Under the pieces are notes generated by a model. That model ran no database searches and was not told the origin of the DNA. It worked only from the letters and a program-made list of their open reading frames with translations. A stretch of DNA of 56,424 bases, counting the filler, from Jimgerdemannia flammicorona (taxonomy: Eukaryota): NCBI GenBank assembly GCA_003990765.1. It is 2 parts of 2 records of this genome, joined end to end, with 100 filler letters (N's around TTAATTAATTAA, not from the genome) between each part and the next. Parts side by side here need not be neighbours in the genome. Positions count along the whole stretch, not along the records: positions 1 to 28,187 come from RBNJ01000580.1; positions 28,288 to 56,424 come from RBNJ01000581.1. One strand, given 5' to 3'. The position numbers and the translations under genes were made by a program. Each line of letters starts with the position of its first letter. The first letter of the stretch is position 1. Of the stretch, positions 24,564-36,497 are shown piece after piece.

Positions 24564-27500
24564 ATGAACAGTACAACTAACATTCTCTCTCTCAATGTGA
24601 ATGGACTTCGGGGAAAGGGGTGGCGTAAGAACATTTTCACTTGGCTAAAGAGATTGGAGGCTGATCTATTTTTACTACAGGATGTACGGTGTGAGGATGA
24701 GGATGATAGGATAGCATGGTCTACAGAATGGAGTGGGGCTACTGCTTGGTTTGGAAAGGTGGTGATTCTGGTAAAGAAGGGAAGAGGAGATTTGGAGGGA
24801 ATCAAGAGCTGGGGAGATCGCTTGGTCTGGGGTGAATGGCACCGGCCAGGGTGGGACTCAGTGAGGGTGGGCTCTTGCTACTGCCCGGCAGCTAGGGGTG
24901 AGAGGATTGTGTGGATTAAGGAACTACTAGAGGAGGGCATTCTCTTGGAGGAAGGGGTCGATGTTCTTGGTAGTGATTTTAACATGGTTCGAGATCTGCG
25001 GCTGGATAGAACTGATGGAGGGAGGAATGCCAGGGGGAGGAGTGGCGGTCTAGATGCATGGAAGGAGGTGGAAAACCTTAACTCCTTAGGGGATATGGGC
25101 CAAACGTGGTGGGGCGACTCCAGGGTCTATACGCACTGGGTGAATGGCCTGGGAACAAGAATTGACTGGGTACTGACAGCTGAATGCTGGGGCACTGATG
25201 TCTGGAAGTCTCTGGAGGTGGTGTGGTGCCCATGGTCTGATCACTGGGGACTGTTTGGGCAGGGGCAGTTTGGGGGGAGTGGTGATGGACCTGGACATTG
25301 GCATCTCAACTCCTCCCTGCTGGATGAGAAGGAGTTGTGGGATTCATGGGTGGAGGACATACAGGCAAAGGTTCCACTCTGGAGGCAGGAGGGTTTGTCT
25401 GTGGGTATCTGTTGGATGAGGTTGAAAGAGGCTGTGAGGGTATATTGGGGTGGAGCTGGGAGAGAGGCTGGGAGACAGAGGAGGAGGAGAATATAGTTTG
25501 CTTCCAATCGGCTGAAGGGATTACAATTGGAGTGGGCAGATTTGCTTACGTCCGATGAGGTGGAGGATTGGAGGTTGGAAAGGGCGAAATTGGAAGTTGT
25601 GGAACTGCAACAGGTGTTGAGAGAGGAGGAGACTCATATGCGAGGAATGGTAGCCAGGCTAAGGTGGCAGGGGCTTGAGGAGGGGGAGCGGCCTACTGGT
25701 ACTTGTCTAGGCTCCTCAAAGCCAGGCGGGTGAGACACCGGTGGGATGGGGTCTTGGATGCTGAGGGAGAGCTGGTGCACAGTACACAGCGGATCCTGGG
25801 TGTATTGAAGGAGAATTGGCGAGGTCTGTGGAGTGAGGAAGAAGGGGGTACTGATGCAGAGGTGATTGGTGACACACTGGAGGAGTGGGAGCCACCACTG
25901 GTAGAAGGTCTGGGGGACTTGATCTTACCAGTCCAGGAGGAGGAGGTCCAAGGAGTCCTGGCAGCGACTAAGCTTGGGATGGCACCAGGGGAGGATGGGT
26001 TACCATGGGACTTCTGGAAGAAGATGGCGAAAGTCCCTGAAATGCTGGGGGAGATGGCTGCTCTCTGTGACTACGTTCTTTTAAATGGCATGTGGGTTGG
26101 AGAGCAGGACTTAGGGCTGGTGACCCTATTGTACAAAGACAAGGGCAGGCGAGAGGATTGGAAGAACTGGAGGCCAATCATGCTTCTGGATATGGATCAG
26201 AAGTTGGTGACTAAGGTGATTGTTGCGAGGCTACAGAAGGTTGCTCAACAGGTGTTAGGTGAGGAGCAGCGGGGCTTTGTAGGAGGTAGACTTATCAGGG
26301 ATGGTACTGCCTGGGTGCATGGCATTATTGATGGAGCCCGGGCCTGCGGATTGGATAGTAGACTGGTTTTTCTGGACCAGGAGAAGGCCTATGACCGGGT
26401 TTGGCGGGTTTGGCTGGGCAAGGTGCTGGACAGAATTGGTGTCCCACTATAGTTTCAGGCCTCTATGTTGAGTTTGTTGGAAGGGAGTAGAGTGGCGCTG
26501 ATGTGTAATGGTCACAGGGGTTTGGCATTTCCCTTGGGGAGAGGAGTCCCTCAAGGGGACCCACTGTCTCCTATTCTTTACACACTCTCCTTGGAACCTT
26601 TGATGGATAGGATCTGTAGGAGAGTGGCTGAGCTCTCTGTATATGATGTGGAGTGGAAGGTGGGGGCCTTTGCAGATGAGATGGTAGTTGGACTTGGATC
26701 AGTAGTGGATGTAGAGGCTCTTTGGGAAACAGTAGAGTGGTATGAGGTACACTCTGGAGCAAAGCTCAACTGGCATAAGTGTGAGACGATGGTGCTGGGG
26801 AATGGGCTGGTGGGAGGGGATGTCATTGGAACAATTGTCCCCAAGGGAGAGGTGGTGCGGTATCTAGGTATCTTCCTCTCTGTATATGGTTCAGTCCTGC
26901 CACGGGCATGGTGGGAGAGGAGGGTGGACATTTGGGGGGAGGCTCTGAAAGGTTGGGGGGGTCATCACATCTCCCTGGCGGGGCGGGTGGTGATTCTGAA
27001 TATATATTGGTTCCCCAAGCTGTGGTATGTGGCGTATCACTTGGACTTTCCTGCTTGAGTGGTGAAGAGGTTGATGAAACTGGCTAGGGATGGGATTTGG
27101 GCGAAAAGAAGGGCCCAGATCAGTTGGGATACCCTTGTTGAGCCAGTGCTTAGGGGAGGCCTGGGCCTTATTGATTTCCCTAAGTGCCTACACTGCTTGT
27201 GAGCTTGGTGGTTGAGAAGGGCTGTTGAGCTACAGGGTGGGGGTTGGGTAACATTGATGAAGAAGGTGTGGGAGAGGAGAGTCTCCCCCCGGGGGTCCTC
27301 AGGTGATCTACTCTCTTTGGTAGGTCTGAATGGAAGCCGACGGTTACGGTATAAGGGCTTCTGGTGGGGAGTGGTCGATGGAGCACACCGGATAGGCTTG
27401 CACTGGCGTGGTAATGAGGGAGAGGTGGTATGGGGTCCGGCTATGTGGAGATGGAACTGTCTGCTTCTAGGGGGAGTTCCGCTCGCTGAGTTTGACATTG

Positions 27501-28066
27501 GAGATGGAGTGGAGTGTCAGCGGCGAATGGGCCATGATCTTTGGCCGAGCAGCTAGCAGGTGGTGAGGATTGGTGAGGAGTGGGATTGGGAAGGGATCTG
27601 GTCTTGGAGTTCCGAGGTGCGGCAATGGCTTCCTCCCAAATTCTGGATAGTGTGGTGGCGGATGTTGCGGAGGAATGTTATGTTGAACTTCCGTGCTGGG
27701 CATCTGATGGATGGTGGTCAGCTGGATTGTGAGGAGTGTTATAATATTGGGCAAGCTGGGGGATTTGTACAAATGCCGGAACATTGGCTGGGGGAATGTG
27801 AGGTGCTGGGGGACTTTTGGATAGCTATTGGGGACCGGCTAGGGGTTGAAAGGAGACCAGATGGGGAGAGAGGTCGCTGGGAGGATTTAGAAGCTAGACT
27901 TGTGGGTGGTGTTGGCAATCAGTGGCTTACTGTAGGATGGGTTGTGGCGGTATGGGTGGGGTTGGCTGGACATTGGCTTTTTGTTTTTGAGGAGGGGAGA
28001 CAGATAGGGATACAGGAGAAGTTGTGGAGATGGGAGGAGTTGGTGGCAGATCTGCTGATGGGGTAG
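24564..28066 (+). pseudogene. LINE ORF2 (APE-RT-CCHC) with a few stops and frameshifts
   Basis: MNSTTNILSLNVNGL, LQD, GSDFN, RIDW, SDH; KNWRPIMLL, QGDPLSP, FADE; CEEC...EHWLGEC. Confidence 0.92.
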
Positions 28067-28187
28067 TGGGTTGGATGGGGACCACAAGGTGGGCAGCGTC
28101 GCCGTCTGGTAGAAGGGATCTGTGAACAGAGTAGTGGGTGGGTGGCAATGGTGTTGGATAAAGTGGTCTTTCACCGAGAAGGGGTAG

Positions 28188-28287
28188 NNNNNNNNNNNNN
28201 NNNNNNNNNNNNNNNNNNNNNNNNNNNNNNNTTAATTAATTAANNNNNNNNNNNNNNNNNNNNNNNNNNNNNNNNNNNNNNNNNNNN
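28188..28287. other. artificial contig-joining spacer N44-TTAATTAATTAA-N44
   Basis: Exactly 100 nt and symmetric; the central 12-mer has stop codons in all six frames. Confidence 0.9.
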
Positions 28288-28312
28288 AAAAAAAAAAAAA
28301 AAAAAAAAAAAA
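28288..28312 (+). repeat. poly(A) tract at start of second segment
   Basis: A25 directly after the spacer. Confidence 0.7.
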
Positions 28313-30300
28313 GGAAACTACCTTCTGGTTTAGAAAAATCTCAGGGACCATACTATCTACCATGGTATATAGGAACAGACTCAAGAAGTACCATAAATCT
28401 ATATAAGAGAAGCAAAATGTGATAACTACCTACAAAGTTCTAGTCTGTAAATCATAACAGTATATCTCATAACTAGTAGGCTATCTATCTAGACCATTCT
28501 CTAAGGGATACAGCACCAGCAACTACTCATTCATGAGACTTTTGAAGCCAGAGGAGTTCAAACCATCAACTGATTGATTAAGATCAGAATTAGGCCCTTA
28601 CTCTATATGAAGGGAGTGACTCTTCACCATTATGCCAAAATATATAGGGAAGATATCAGCCCATAAATACCACTTTTCGACCCCTTACTAGAGGTTATGG
28701 GATCAGCAAATTTTCAGGACTGGACCAATGAATAAGGACATTCAAAAAGATCCTTATTTAGGAGGAAGATGTAATAGTGATCCCAGAATGATGACATCAG
28801 TACAAGGGACAGTCTTTCCTTGCAAGTTACCAGATTAGAGTACAAGAAGATCATATGGTATATAAGATGAGCAATTATGATCCACTGTGAGTCATTGTGA
28901 TCACAGTACAGGCATCTTGAGAAATATAAAAGAAGGATTAAGGAACTATAGTAGTAGCAACCAACAAGACTCACCAATCCCAAAATAGCTCAAAGACTTA
29001 CCATAAATGAGATACCTGCTACTTACCAAACCTCAAGATCAAGAAACTACCAAGATACCTCAGTCAAGGAAAGGATGTTCTAAGACATCAGAAGAGCTAT
29101 AAGGACTTATGTAAGAAGGACTTCTAGTGTCAACCTAGGCACTGATGACCCTTATCACTATATTCTCTACTGCTGTGAAATGGAAATAAGGATCACCATT
29201 GCTACTGAATACCTCCAAATATGGTAGAAGTACAAAATAGGAAACCTCCTCTGCTGGGAGTTCTCACAGACTAGCCCTCAAGAGTTACAAGATACCACTT
29301 TCATAGATATATATAAAACAAGGATAGCTAAGAAGATCCATCAGATCTTCAGGCATATACTATAGCCAATCTCCAACTTAGAGTATGTTAGAGTCTCAGA
29401 CTTCAGAGACCTGTCAGCCCACCATATCAATACACTAGAAGCCAGAGTGACTATAGAAGCCCAGTCCACTATTACCCTCAATAATGATAAAGTAGAAGAC
29501 TTCTAGCATCTCATCCTTCAGGACAACTCAGACCAATTCTTACAAGGATTGATCTCAGTATTCTAAGGCCAAGCATTCTGGTTAGATCTCCCCAAGACCT
29601 CACATTTGTCTCCTATTTTGTGGAAGAGAACCTCATAGATTGGAGAGCCCCTGATTTCCCTGTTGAATGTGATGACATCATCAGCAATGATATCATTCTA
29701 CACAATATACATGAAATACACAACCTATCTGACAATGACAAGACAGATGAAACATTCATAGACCTCATCTCCTTTGAAGACATCCTGACCTCTGATGAGG
29801 ATAAAGTCTCTATAGTCTTGAACATTCTACTCTAAGTCTCTTGGTTACACTGAATTATGTCAGTACTCTTTTTCTATATAATAGCTGTTCCTCTACTGGT
29901 ATTCTGATGTGACTCAGAATTATTTCAGTACCATTTTTTTATACTATCAAAATTATACCAGTATTCTGAACCTATATAATCATTAGTACTGATACTGAAA
30001 CTTAGTAGTTTTTTATATCTTGGTATTTTATTTTAGTTATTAGAATTTATATTTAGCTTTATATCTTAGCAACCATTGAATTATATTTTGTATAAATACC
30101 CCTCTTATTTTCTCTGAAATAAAGTCAGTTCCTCTCAGTATAATATATACAATTTCTTACAAGCAATCTAAAAAGATAACAAGACAGTTTAAAAATAAGA
30201 AGTTTGAGGACTATAAGATCTTGAGAAGGTACTCCAATAAGAACTTACTTATAACAACCTTGAGTTAGTCTAAGAGATACACCTTGAAGAGAATCTGACA
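28313..30300 (+). mobile_element. decayed Gypsy-like 3' remnant: integrase tail, ~1.4 kb extra region, probable LTR
   Basis: KISGTILSTMVYRNRLKKYH resembles the Gypsy integrase-end motif VHGNRLKKY; CpG-depleted. Confidence 0.5.
29858..30300 (+). repeat. probable LTR (443 bp)
   Basis: TGTCAG...CTGACA termini, TATAAATA at ~30091 and AATAAA at ~30118. No matching TSD or clear PPT. Confidence 0.45.
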
Positions 30301-30329
30301 TATTTGAAGGACTCAGCTACTACTATATG

Positions 30330-30720
30330 ATAATATATAAAATATAATAAATAAATTAGATATAAGATTATTAAAATAATACTATTTAATAGTTATATTA
30401 TTTTATTAATAATATTATTTAAATTCAATAATTATAGAGTATATTATTATTACTCTAAAGTTAGATTATATTAAATATATTATACTACATTATAATATAA
30501 AAATAAATTAGTCATTTAAAATAATAGGTTTTTTATTTTTTAAATTATATAAATTTTTAAAATAATTTTAAAAAATTAAATTTATAAAATCCTTATTACA
30601 TAGTAATAATATCCTTATTAGACTATGATTATTTTTCTTATTTTTGATTACTATAAATTTTTTATAATTATTTAGAAGTTTGAATTCTATTACTAAAATA
30701 GATTAAACTTGCTATTTCAA
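30330..30720. repeat. extremely AT-rich, terminally decayed repeat remnant
   Basis: Almost no C/G, TpA-rich, sits at the border with gene-rich DNA. Confidence 0.45.
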
Positions 30721-31565
30721 AAATTCTGTAATAAAATGAGAGTATTAATTCAAGTCAGTCTATCAAAGTAAGTATCTGAGTCTGGAAAATGTCAAGATAA
30801 TAAAATAAATAAATAAATATATGTGCAAGTTCACCAGGAGCGTCACCTGCATGCCGACCTTGAGTATCCATTCCTGTTCCGCTAGCAAATCATCCTGAGT
30901 CCAGATACAAGAGACGGCTGTTTGCTATCTTTAATTTGTTCAATGGAGAAAATATCGGCAGATGCGATTGCTCAACTGACAAAATCTTATTAAATAGCAT
31001 TGGTAGTTATTGTTTTTTACTGAGAGGACTACATCTCAAACTAAAAGCATCTATTTCAGTTGAAATACACATATATACATATGTATTCTTACGTGATATC
31101 TTTGTTTTTTATTTTATTTTTAACTGTTGTCTACAGTTGACATTTGATCGGGAAAGGTGGCCTACGCCACCAAACATTACAGCTTCACTGTATTGGGACA
31201 TCATTTAAGCAATGAAACGAGATGGGCGAGGTTGTGCGGCCTAGAAATTCAGACATTGGCGGGAGGTTTGGGCCAAAATCTTGAGGGATCAGGCACCATC
31301 ACGACATTCCAAAGCCCGTAGTATACACTCATCGTTTATAGACACTGTCCCTACTCCAAAAAAAAAAAAACAAAATGCAGTGCGAGATGCAACCCACACA
31401 CGCAACCCGCCAAAAGAGCTTCCCGCAACAACCAACATACCAATCGCACGTATAGAAAATGTCCTCATGTAGGTAGATACAGATTCATTTTTCGTGTCAA
31501 ATCAAATCATAACCACCATAAAATTTTGGCCTTACCTATCCCTCACGCCTTCCTTCCAATCCATC

Positions 31566-33505
31566 TCAACCATCTACAATCCCGCGCACCATGCCATCCA
31601 ACGCGGCACGCCTGGCCTCGGTCCCTTCGGGCGTGGCCGCTTCAGTACGATCCCACCCATAAGCATCGCCCGCCACGGGCATGGACTGAAACACCGCAGA
31701 GAAAAATGGCGGAATGCCGGTTGTGACGGTGTTGAACCCGGCGGCCAAGGTCTGCGGCGCGCGCTTGGCGAACGGTGACGACACGGCGAGCCACTCTGCG
31801 GCGATGAATTCGTCCGCGCCGGGCGACACGACTAACTTGGGCCCATTTCCATTCCCATTCCTCGCAGCCTGGACGGCGCCAATAATCTTCAACCTAGGCC
31901 CAAACGGAATCCCAAGCATTTCAAGATCCGCATGGGTCATAAGTGCGAGCGCATCGATATCAATCTCCTGCGCCTCAAATACGGGCACATACTTTGAGAG
32001 CTGGAGAGATTCGAGGAGAGAGGCCAGCGGGGTGAGACGTTTTGTGCGTGGATGCGGGGGGGAGTTTGTCGAGGAGGAGGAGGCGGAGGATTGGGTGGTC
32101 GAGGCCGGAGAGGCGTGGAGGTCGAAGGGCGAGAAGGTCGAACTATAGCCCAACCCCGTCGTCGTCATTGATGACCAGTCCGGCCAGGAGATGGGTGGTT
32201 GCTGCTGCTGCTGCTGTTGCTGCCGCGACGGCGGTGGAGGTGCGCTTGTGAAGGGCGGGAACCCGTAGCTCAGCGTCGGCACACTGTTCGATCTTCCCGG
32301 CAATGCCGGGTAGGGTGGCAGCGATGGGAGTGGCGGCGCGCATCCGTTCTCACCAAAAGGCGACGAGAAGTCAGGACTCTTCTCTGCTTGCCCGAAGTAT
32401 GGCGGCGGTGGCGGCGGTGGCGGTGGCGGTGGCGGCGACTGTTGGTACTCCGGAAACGCGTTCATGTTGTTCCACCCCGCGAAAGGGGCGAGAGGAGGAC
32501 CTTCACTGTATCGGGGCCCGAACGTGGGCGGGGGAGGAAGAGGTGGGGGGTTGGAACCCCATATCTGTGGCAAGGATTGGCGGTGCTGCAGGAACGATGG
32601 CGGAGCCGTGTAGGCCGTCGCGAATGGCGATTGGAGGGTGGTCGGCCACGGAGCAGAACCAGAAGGTTGAAACGGCAATGGGCCGGGAGTCGGAAGGGAG
32701 ATGGATCGCAATGACGCGGGTACTTGGGCTTGGTGAGCGTTGGAACCCTGTGCCGGGAGTTCGCCCATCAACTCCGGTTCCTGTGAGACCGGCTCCGGCT
32801 CCGGCTCCTCCTCCCACTCCTCGGGAATATAGGCCTGCGTCAGAGCCTTTATTGACACCGCGATCTGATCGGGCTTGGCCTCCTTCACATGCACGGCCAT
32901 GGAGCCTATCCGCACCTCCTCGTCCTCGTTCACATCCACCCTCGGCTCGTTCGCCCACACCAGACGCTGCCTTGGTTCGTCTGGCCACACCATCTGCGTC
33001 CGATCCCGATCCCCGACCTCCATCTCACTCACTGCTTTCTCATCTACCGCTGCCTCCTCCGTCCCTTCCGCCGGTTCCGGACGCGGCTGCTCGCTCCGCT
33101 GGTCTTTCTTCTTCTCCTTGCCTGTGTCGTGCCCACTTCTATCATCTGACCCCTTAGCTTTCGCCTTCGTCGCTTCTTTCATCACCTCCTTATGCGCTGC
33201 CCCCCTCGTCGTCGCCTTCACCGCCCTCCCGCGTTGCCCACTCACCTGCGCCGCCACAGCTCTCACCTGTGCCTGCACCCTCTCAATAGCCGCGACGCTG
33301 CCGCGTCCGTGCGGGGCCCGCCCTCCCGTCGTCGCCATGGGAAGTGCCGCGCCATGATGATTCGAATTCGAGTTTGCGTGCTTGCCACGCTTTTTCCCGC
33401 CGCCAACGTTGGTATGGAAATACGGACATCGCGCTCCCGAAGCGCAGGCCACGCCGCGGCACTCGTCGGGGCAGTACTGCATCTGTTCGCCGAGATTGGG
33501 GTTCT

Positions 33506-33542
<37 letters not shown>

Positions 33543-35912
33543 CGTCAGTGTTATGTCCTTTTTCTCTTTCGCACTCACGCCCGCATCCTCTCCATCCACA
33601 CCCACTCCTTTCTCATCTTCAGCTTCTTTCTCGACTTCTACCTGTCCACTTCCACTCCTCTTCCTGACCACGACCTCGCACGTCTTCTCGACCCTAGCCC
33701 ACGCCGCCTCAATCTTGGCTACCCAGGCCTTAGAGAACAAATCCGTCCTCCCCCTCACGGCCCTCACAACTTGCCAGCACCTTCCCGGGGGGGTATTACG
33801 CACCAGTTCCCACTTCTCTCCACCCCCCTCCTCCTCCTCCTCCTCCTCCTCCTCACCACCACCCGTATCATGCACGAGGGTCGTGATGACGACACGTACC
33901 CTGGGGCATTGCTCGACGGCCTTGAGACAGCTCTGCATGACCATGTTGCGCACCGTCGACGAGAGCTGCGCGGGGGGGACAGTCGAGATGAACCGCGACA
34001 AAACGGCGCTAGTGCCGCGACAGGTCGGGTCCGTCGTGATCTCGTTGTCCTCGTCCTCGTCCCCATCATCATTTTCCTCCTCTTCCCCTTCCTCCTTAAT
34101 ATCCCATTCCTCCGTCTCTTCCACAACTCCGACCGTTCTCCCGACCATCCTCTTCAATCTAGCCCTCCAGATCCCCAACGTTTCCCTTCCTTCCCTCTGC
34201 ACCTCCATAACCTTCAGCTCTCTCTCTGCCCTCTCAACAAGCCCAGGATCCAGCGCCTCGACCCGCAACCTCCTCGCCCTAGCCACAAGCTCCGTCATCA
34301 GCAACACACGCTCCGTCAGGGGGAGGTTCTTGTTCACGCGCCCAACGACGTCGCGGAGCCGGTACATGGCGTCCTCGAGCGCGTTGCGCGCCTCGACTCT
34401 CCGAGCCAGATGCTTTCCCAGCCGCGAAGACGAGGAGGGCGAGTTCGAACCCGCGGCGGGAGGGAGGGAGGGGTCTGAGACAACAAAGGAAGCGTTCATA
34501 GAGTAAGGACCTGGGCCCATTGGGTTGAACGCGCGGACGCGGAAACAGTACGCGCCCGGCGGAAACGGTTCTGTAATAAAGAGAGAATCTTTGCCGCAGT
34601 AGATAATAGTGAAGGCTTGGGTGGTTGGGAAGGGCATGACGACAGTTTTTGTAGGCGTTGCCTGGTGTGGTTGGGGCAGGGTTGGGTTGTCCTTCGCAGG
34701 GAAGGTGGAGGGCACTACTGGAGGATGGACGTCAATGGCGGCGGCCTCCACGATGTAGTGGGAGATACGGAATTCGTCTGCGTGCGTGCAGGCCCACTCG
34801 ACGCGCAGGCGAGTGAGGCCCTTGCGCGCGCCGGGTAGTGGGGCAGTGGGAAAGACGGTAGGGAGGGTACAGCGGTGGGGTTTCCCGCCCTCGAGGAAGA
34901 GGCGTGAGGTGCGGGAGGGGCCGGAGGAGGTGGTAATAGTATTGATGTTGGAGGAAGTTGTGGTGTTTCCTGCGCCGGTTGCCTGTGCGAGTTTCGCGCG
35001 AAGGGAGTCCCTCTTGTCCGTCCCTTCTTGGTTGGCTTTGCGGTCGAGCTCCTTCTTCTTGTCACTCTGCATCCAGCGCTTGTGACTTCCAGTCTTGACA
35101 TAGGCAGCGCGGTACTCTGGATCCGACAGACACCTATACGCGGCCAGCACTTCCTGGTAGGCAGCCAAATCGTCGGCGGTAGGTTGGCGCGGGAGCTTAT
35201 CCGGATGTAGGTGGATAGAAAGCTTCTTGTGCGCGGTACGGACGGCGTTAGTGATGGCTTCGTTGAGCTGCTTCCTCTGCGAGTCCAGACGACGGTGATC
35301 GAGCTGCAGAGCCTCAAGCTCTGACTGGCGCAAGCGCGCGGACATGCTATGCAGATGGAACTCGGAGGTGAGTGAGGAAAGGGAAAGGGGACCGACAGTC
35401 CATTCGGAGCGGTCATCGTCGTCGCGGTCGTCGTCGTCGCGAACGGGAACGCAGGGGAAGACGCCGAAGCCGGCAGAGAGGAGGAACTCGTGCAGCTCGT
35501 GATTGCCGTCGGAGACGAGCTCGAGCCCGAGGGCGGGTGGGACGGGGTTTCCGCCGAGGACGTCGTCGCGAAGGCGGGTCTTAAGGGTGTCGAGCTTGGC
35601 GGCGATCTTGTCGCGTCGTTTGCGGGACTCGGAGTCGGTGGTGGATTGCTTGCGCAGGGCCTTCCCGAGTTGGGAGATGACTTCGCGTTTCTTGCAGCGC
35701 TGGGCCGCGGTCTTAGCGGTATCCTCGGTACAATTCAACACGTAGCGCAGCTCGACGATGTCGGCGCTGAGCTTGAGCTCTTCCTGTTCGATCTCGGACA
35801 GACGATTGAGGTGGGTGAACAGGGCATTGTCCTTGTGCAGGGCGAGGGCGCGGAAGTAGTGGAGGTTGGCAATGTTGGAAGAGTCAAGGGTTGGTGGCTG
35901 TGGATCGGTCAT
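31566..35912 (-). CDS. 1448-aa intronless protein: J-domain, FN3, CCCH zinc finger, Pro-rich region, C-terminal SAM
   Basis: HKKLSIHLHPDKL...YQEVLAAYRCLSDPEYRAAY; YCFRVRAFNPMGPGPYS; C-x8-C-x5-C-x3-H (CPDECRGVACASGARCPYFH); LLESLQLSKYVPVFEAQEIDIDALALMTHADLEMLGIPFGPRLKII. Confidence 0.9.
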
Positions 35913-36497
35913 GGCGGAGAGCTAGTGTTTTGGCTCTTGTGTCGACAAAGTTTCTGTTGCCTTCCACGCGCTGCTATACGTCATCGCCAAATCAGTTAGT
36001 TATCATTCTGACATATAGTTGATGTCATCAATGCCAAATTTAATATTACAAAAATGGTTTTGAGTCATACTAAGCCATCAGAGGTACCATTTTAAAAGTG
36101 GCCGCCTCAAATAACAAAATGCCTTCAAGAGATAAATAATTTAGGGAAATAAACCTTCACTTTGGCTGATAAGGATCTTCTTGACCGATGTCTTCAAAAA
36201 ACGTGACTGCTATTTTATTAGGTGGCTGTGGAGGCTTAGTGCCCTGGAGGCTGTCCCTTGCGGAGGCTTAGTGCACAAACATACAAACATACCATACTAT
36301 ACTATACCATACCAGGCAAACCATGGCCCTTGTGTGTTTTTGCTGACCCATTTCGGGATTTGGGGTCCAAAATTCTCAAGGTCAGCCGCTTCTTGTAAGC
36401 ATTCACAAACACCATCCCGTCAAACTTGCAGCCGCACTCTCTTGGTCGAGAGAGAGCCGCCAACACCATTCAGTACAAACAAGTTCCAACCACCACA

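Larger units (their letters stand above)
22407..28187 (+). mobile_element. L1/Tx1-like LINE copy 2 (diverged subfamily), runs into the gap
   Basis: Near-intact ORF1 and ORF2, collinear with copy 1 but clearly diverged in protein sequence. The 5' boundary is approximate. Confidence 0.9.

Noticed and set aside
12828..28174. Many Pro/Ser/Thr-rich minus-strand ORFs over the LINEs
   Set aside because: They are antisense shadows of G-rich coding DNA with no domain motifs.
28232..28243. TTAATTAATTAA as a biological palindrome or piggyBac TTAA site
   Set aside because: It is centred in exactly 44+44 Ns, so it is an artificial linker.
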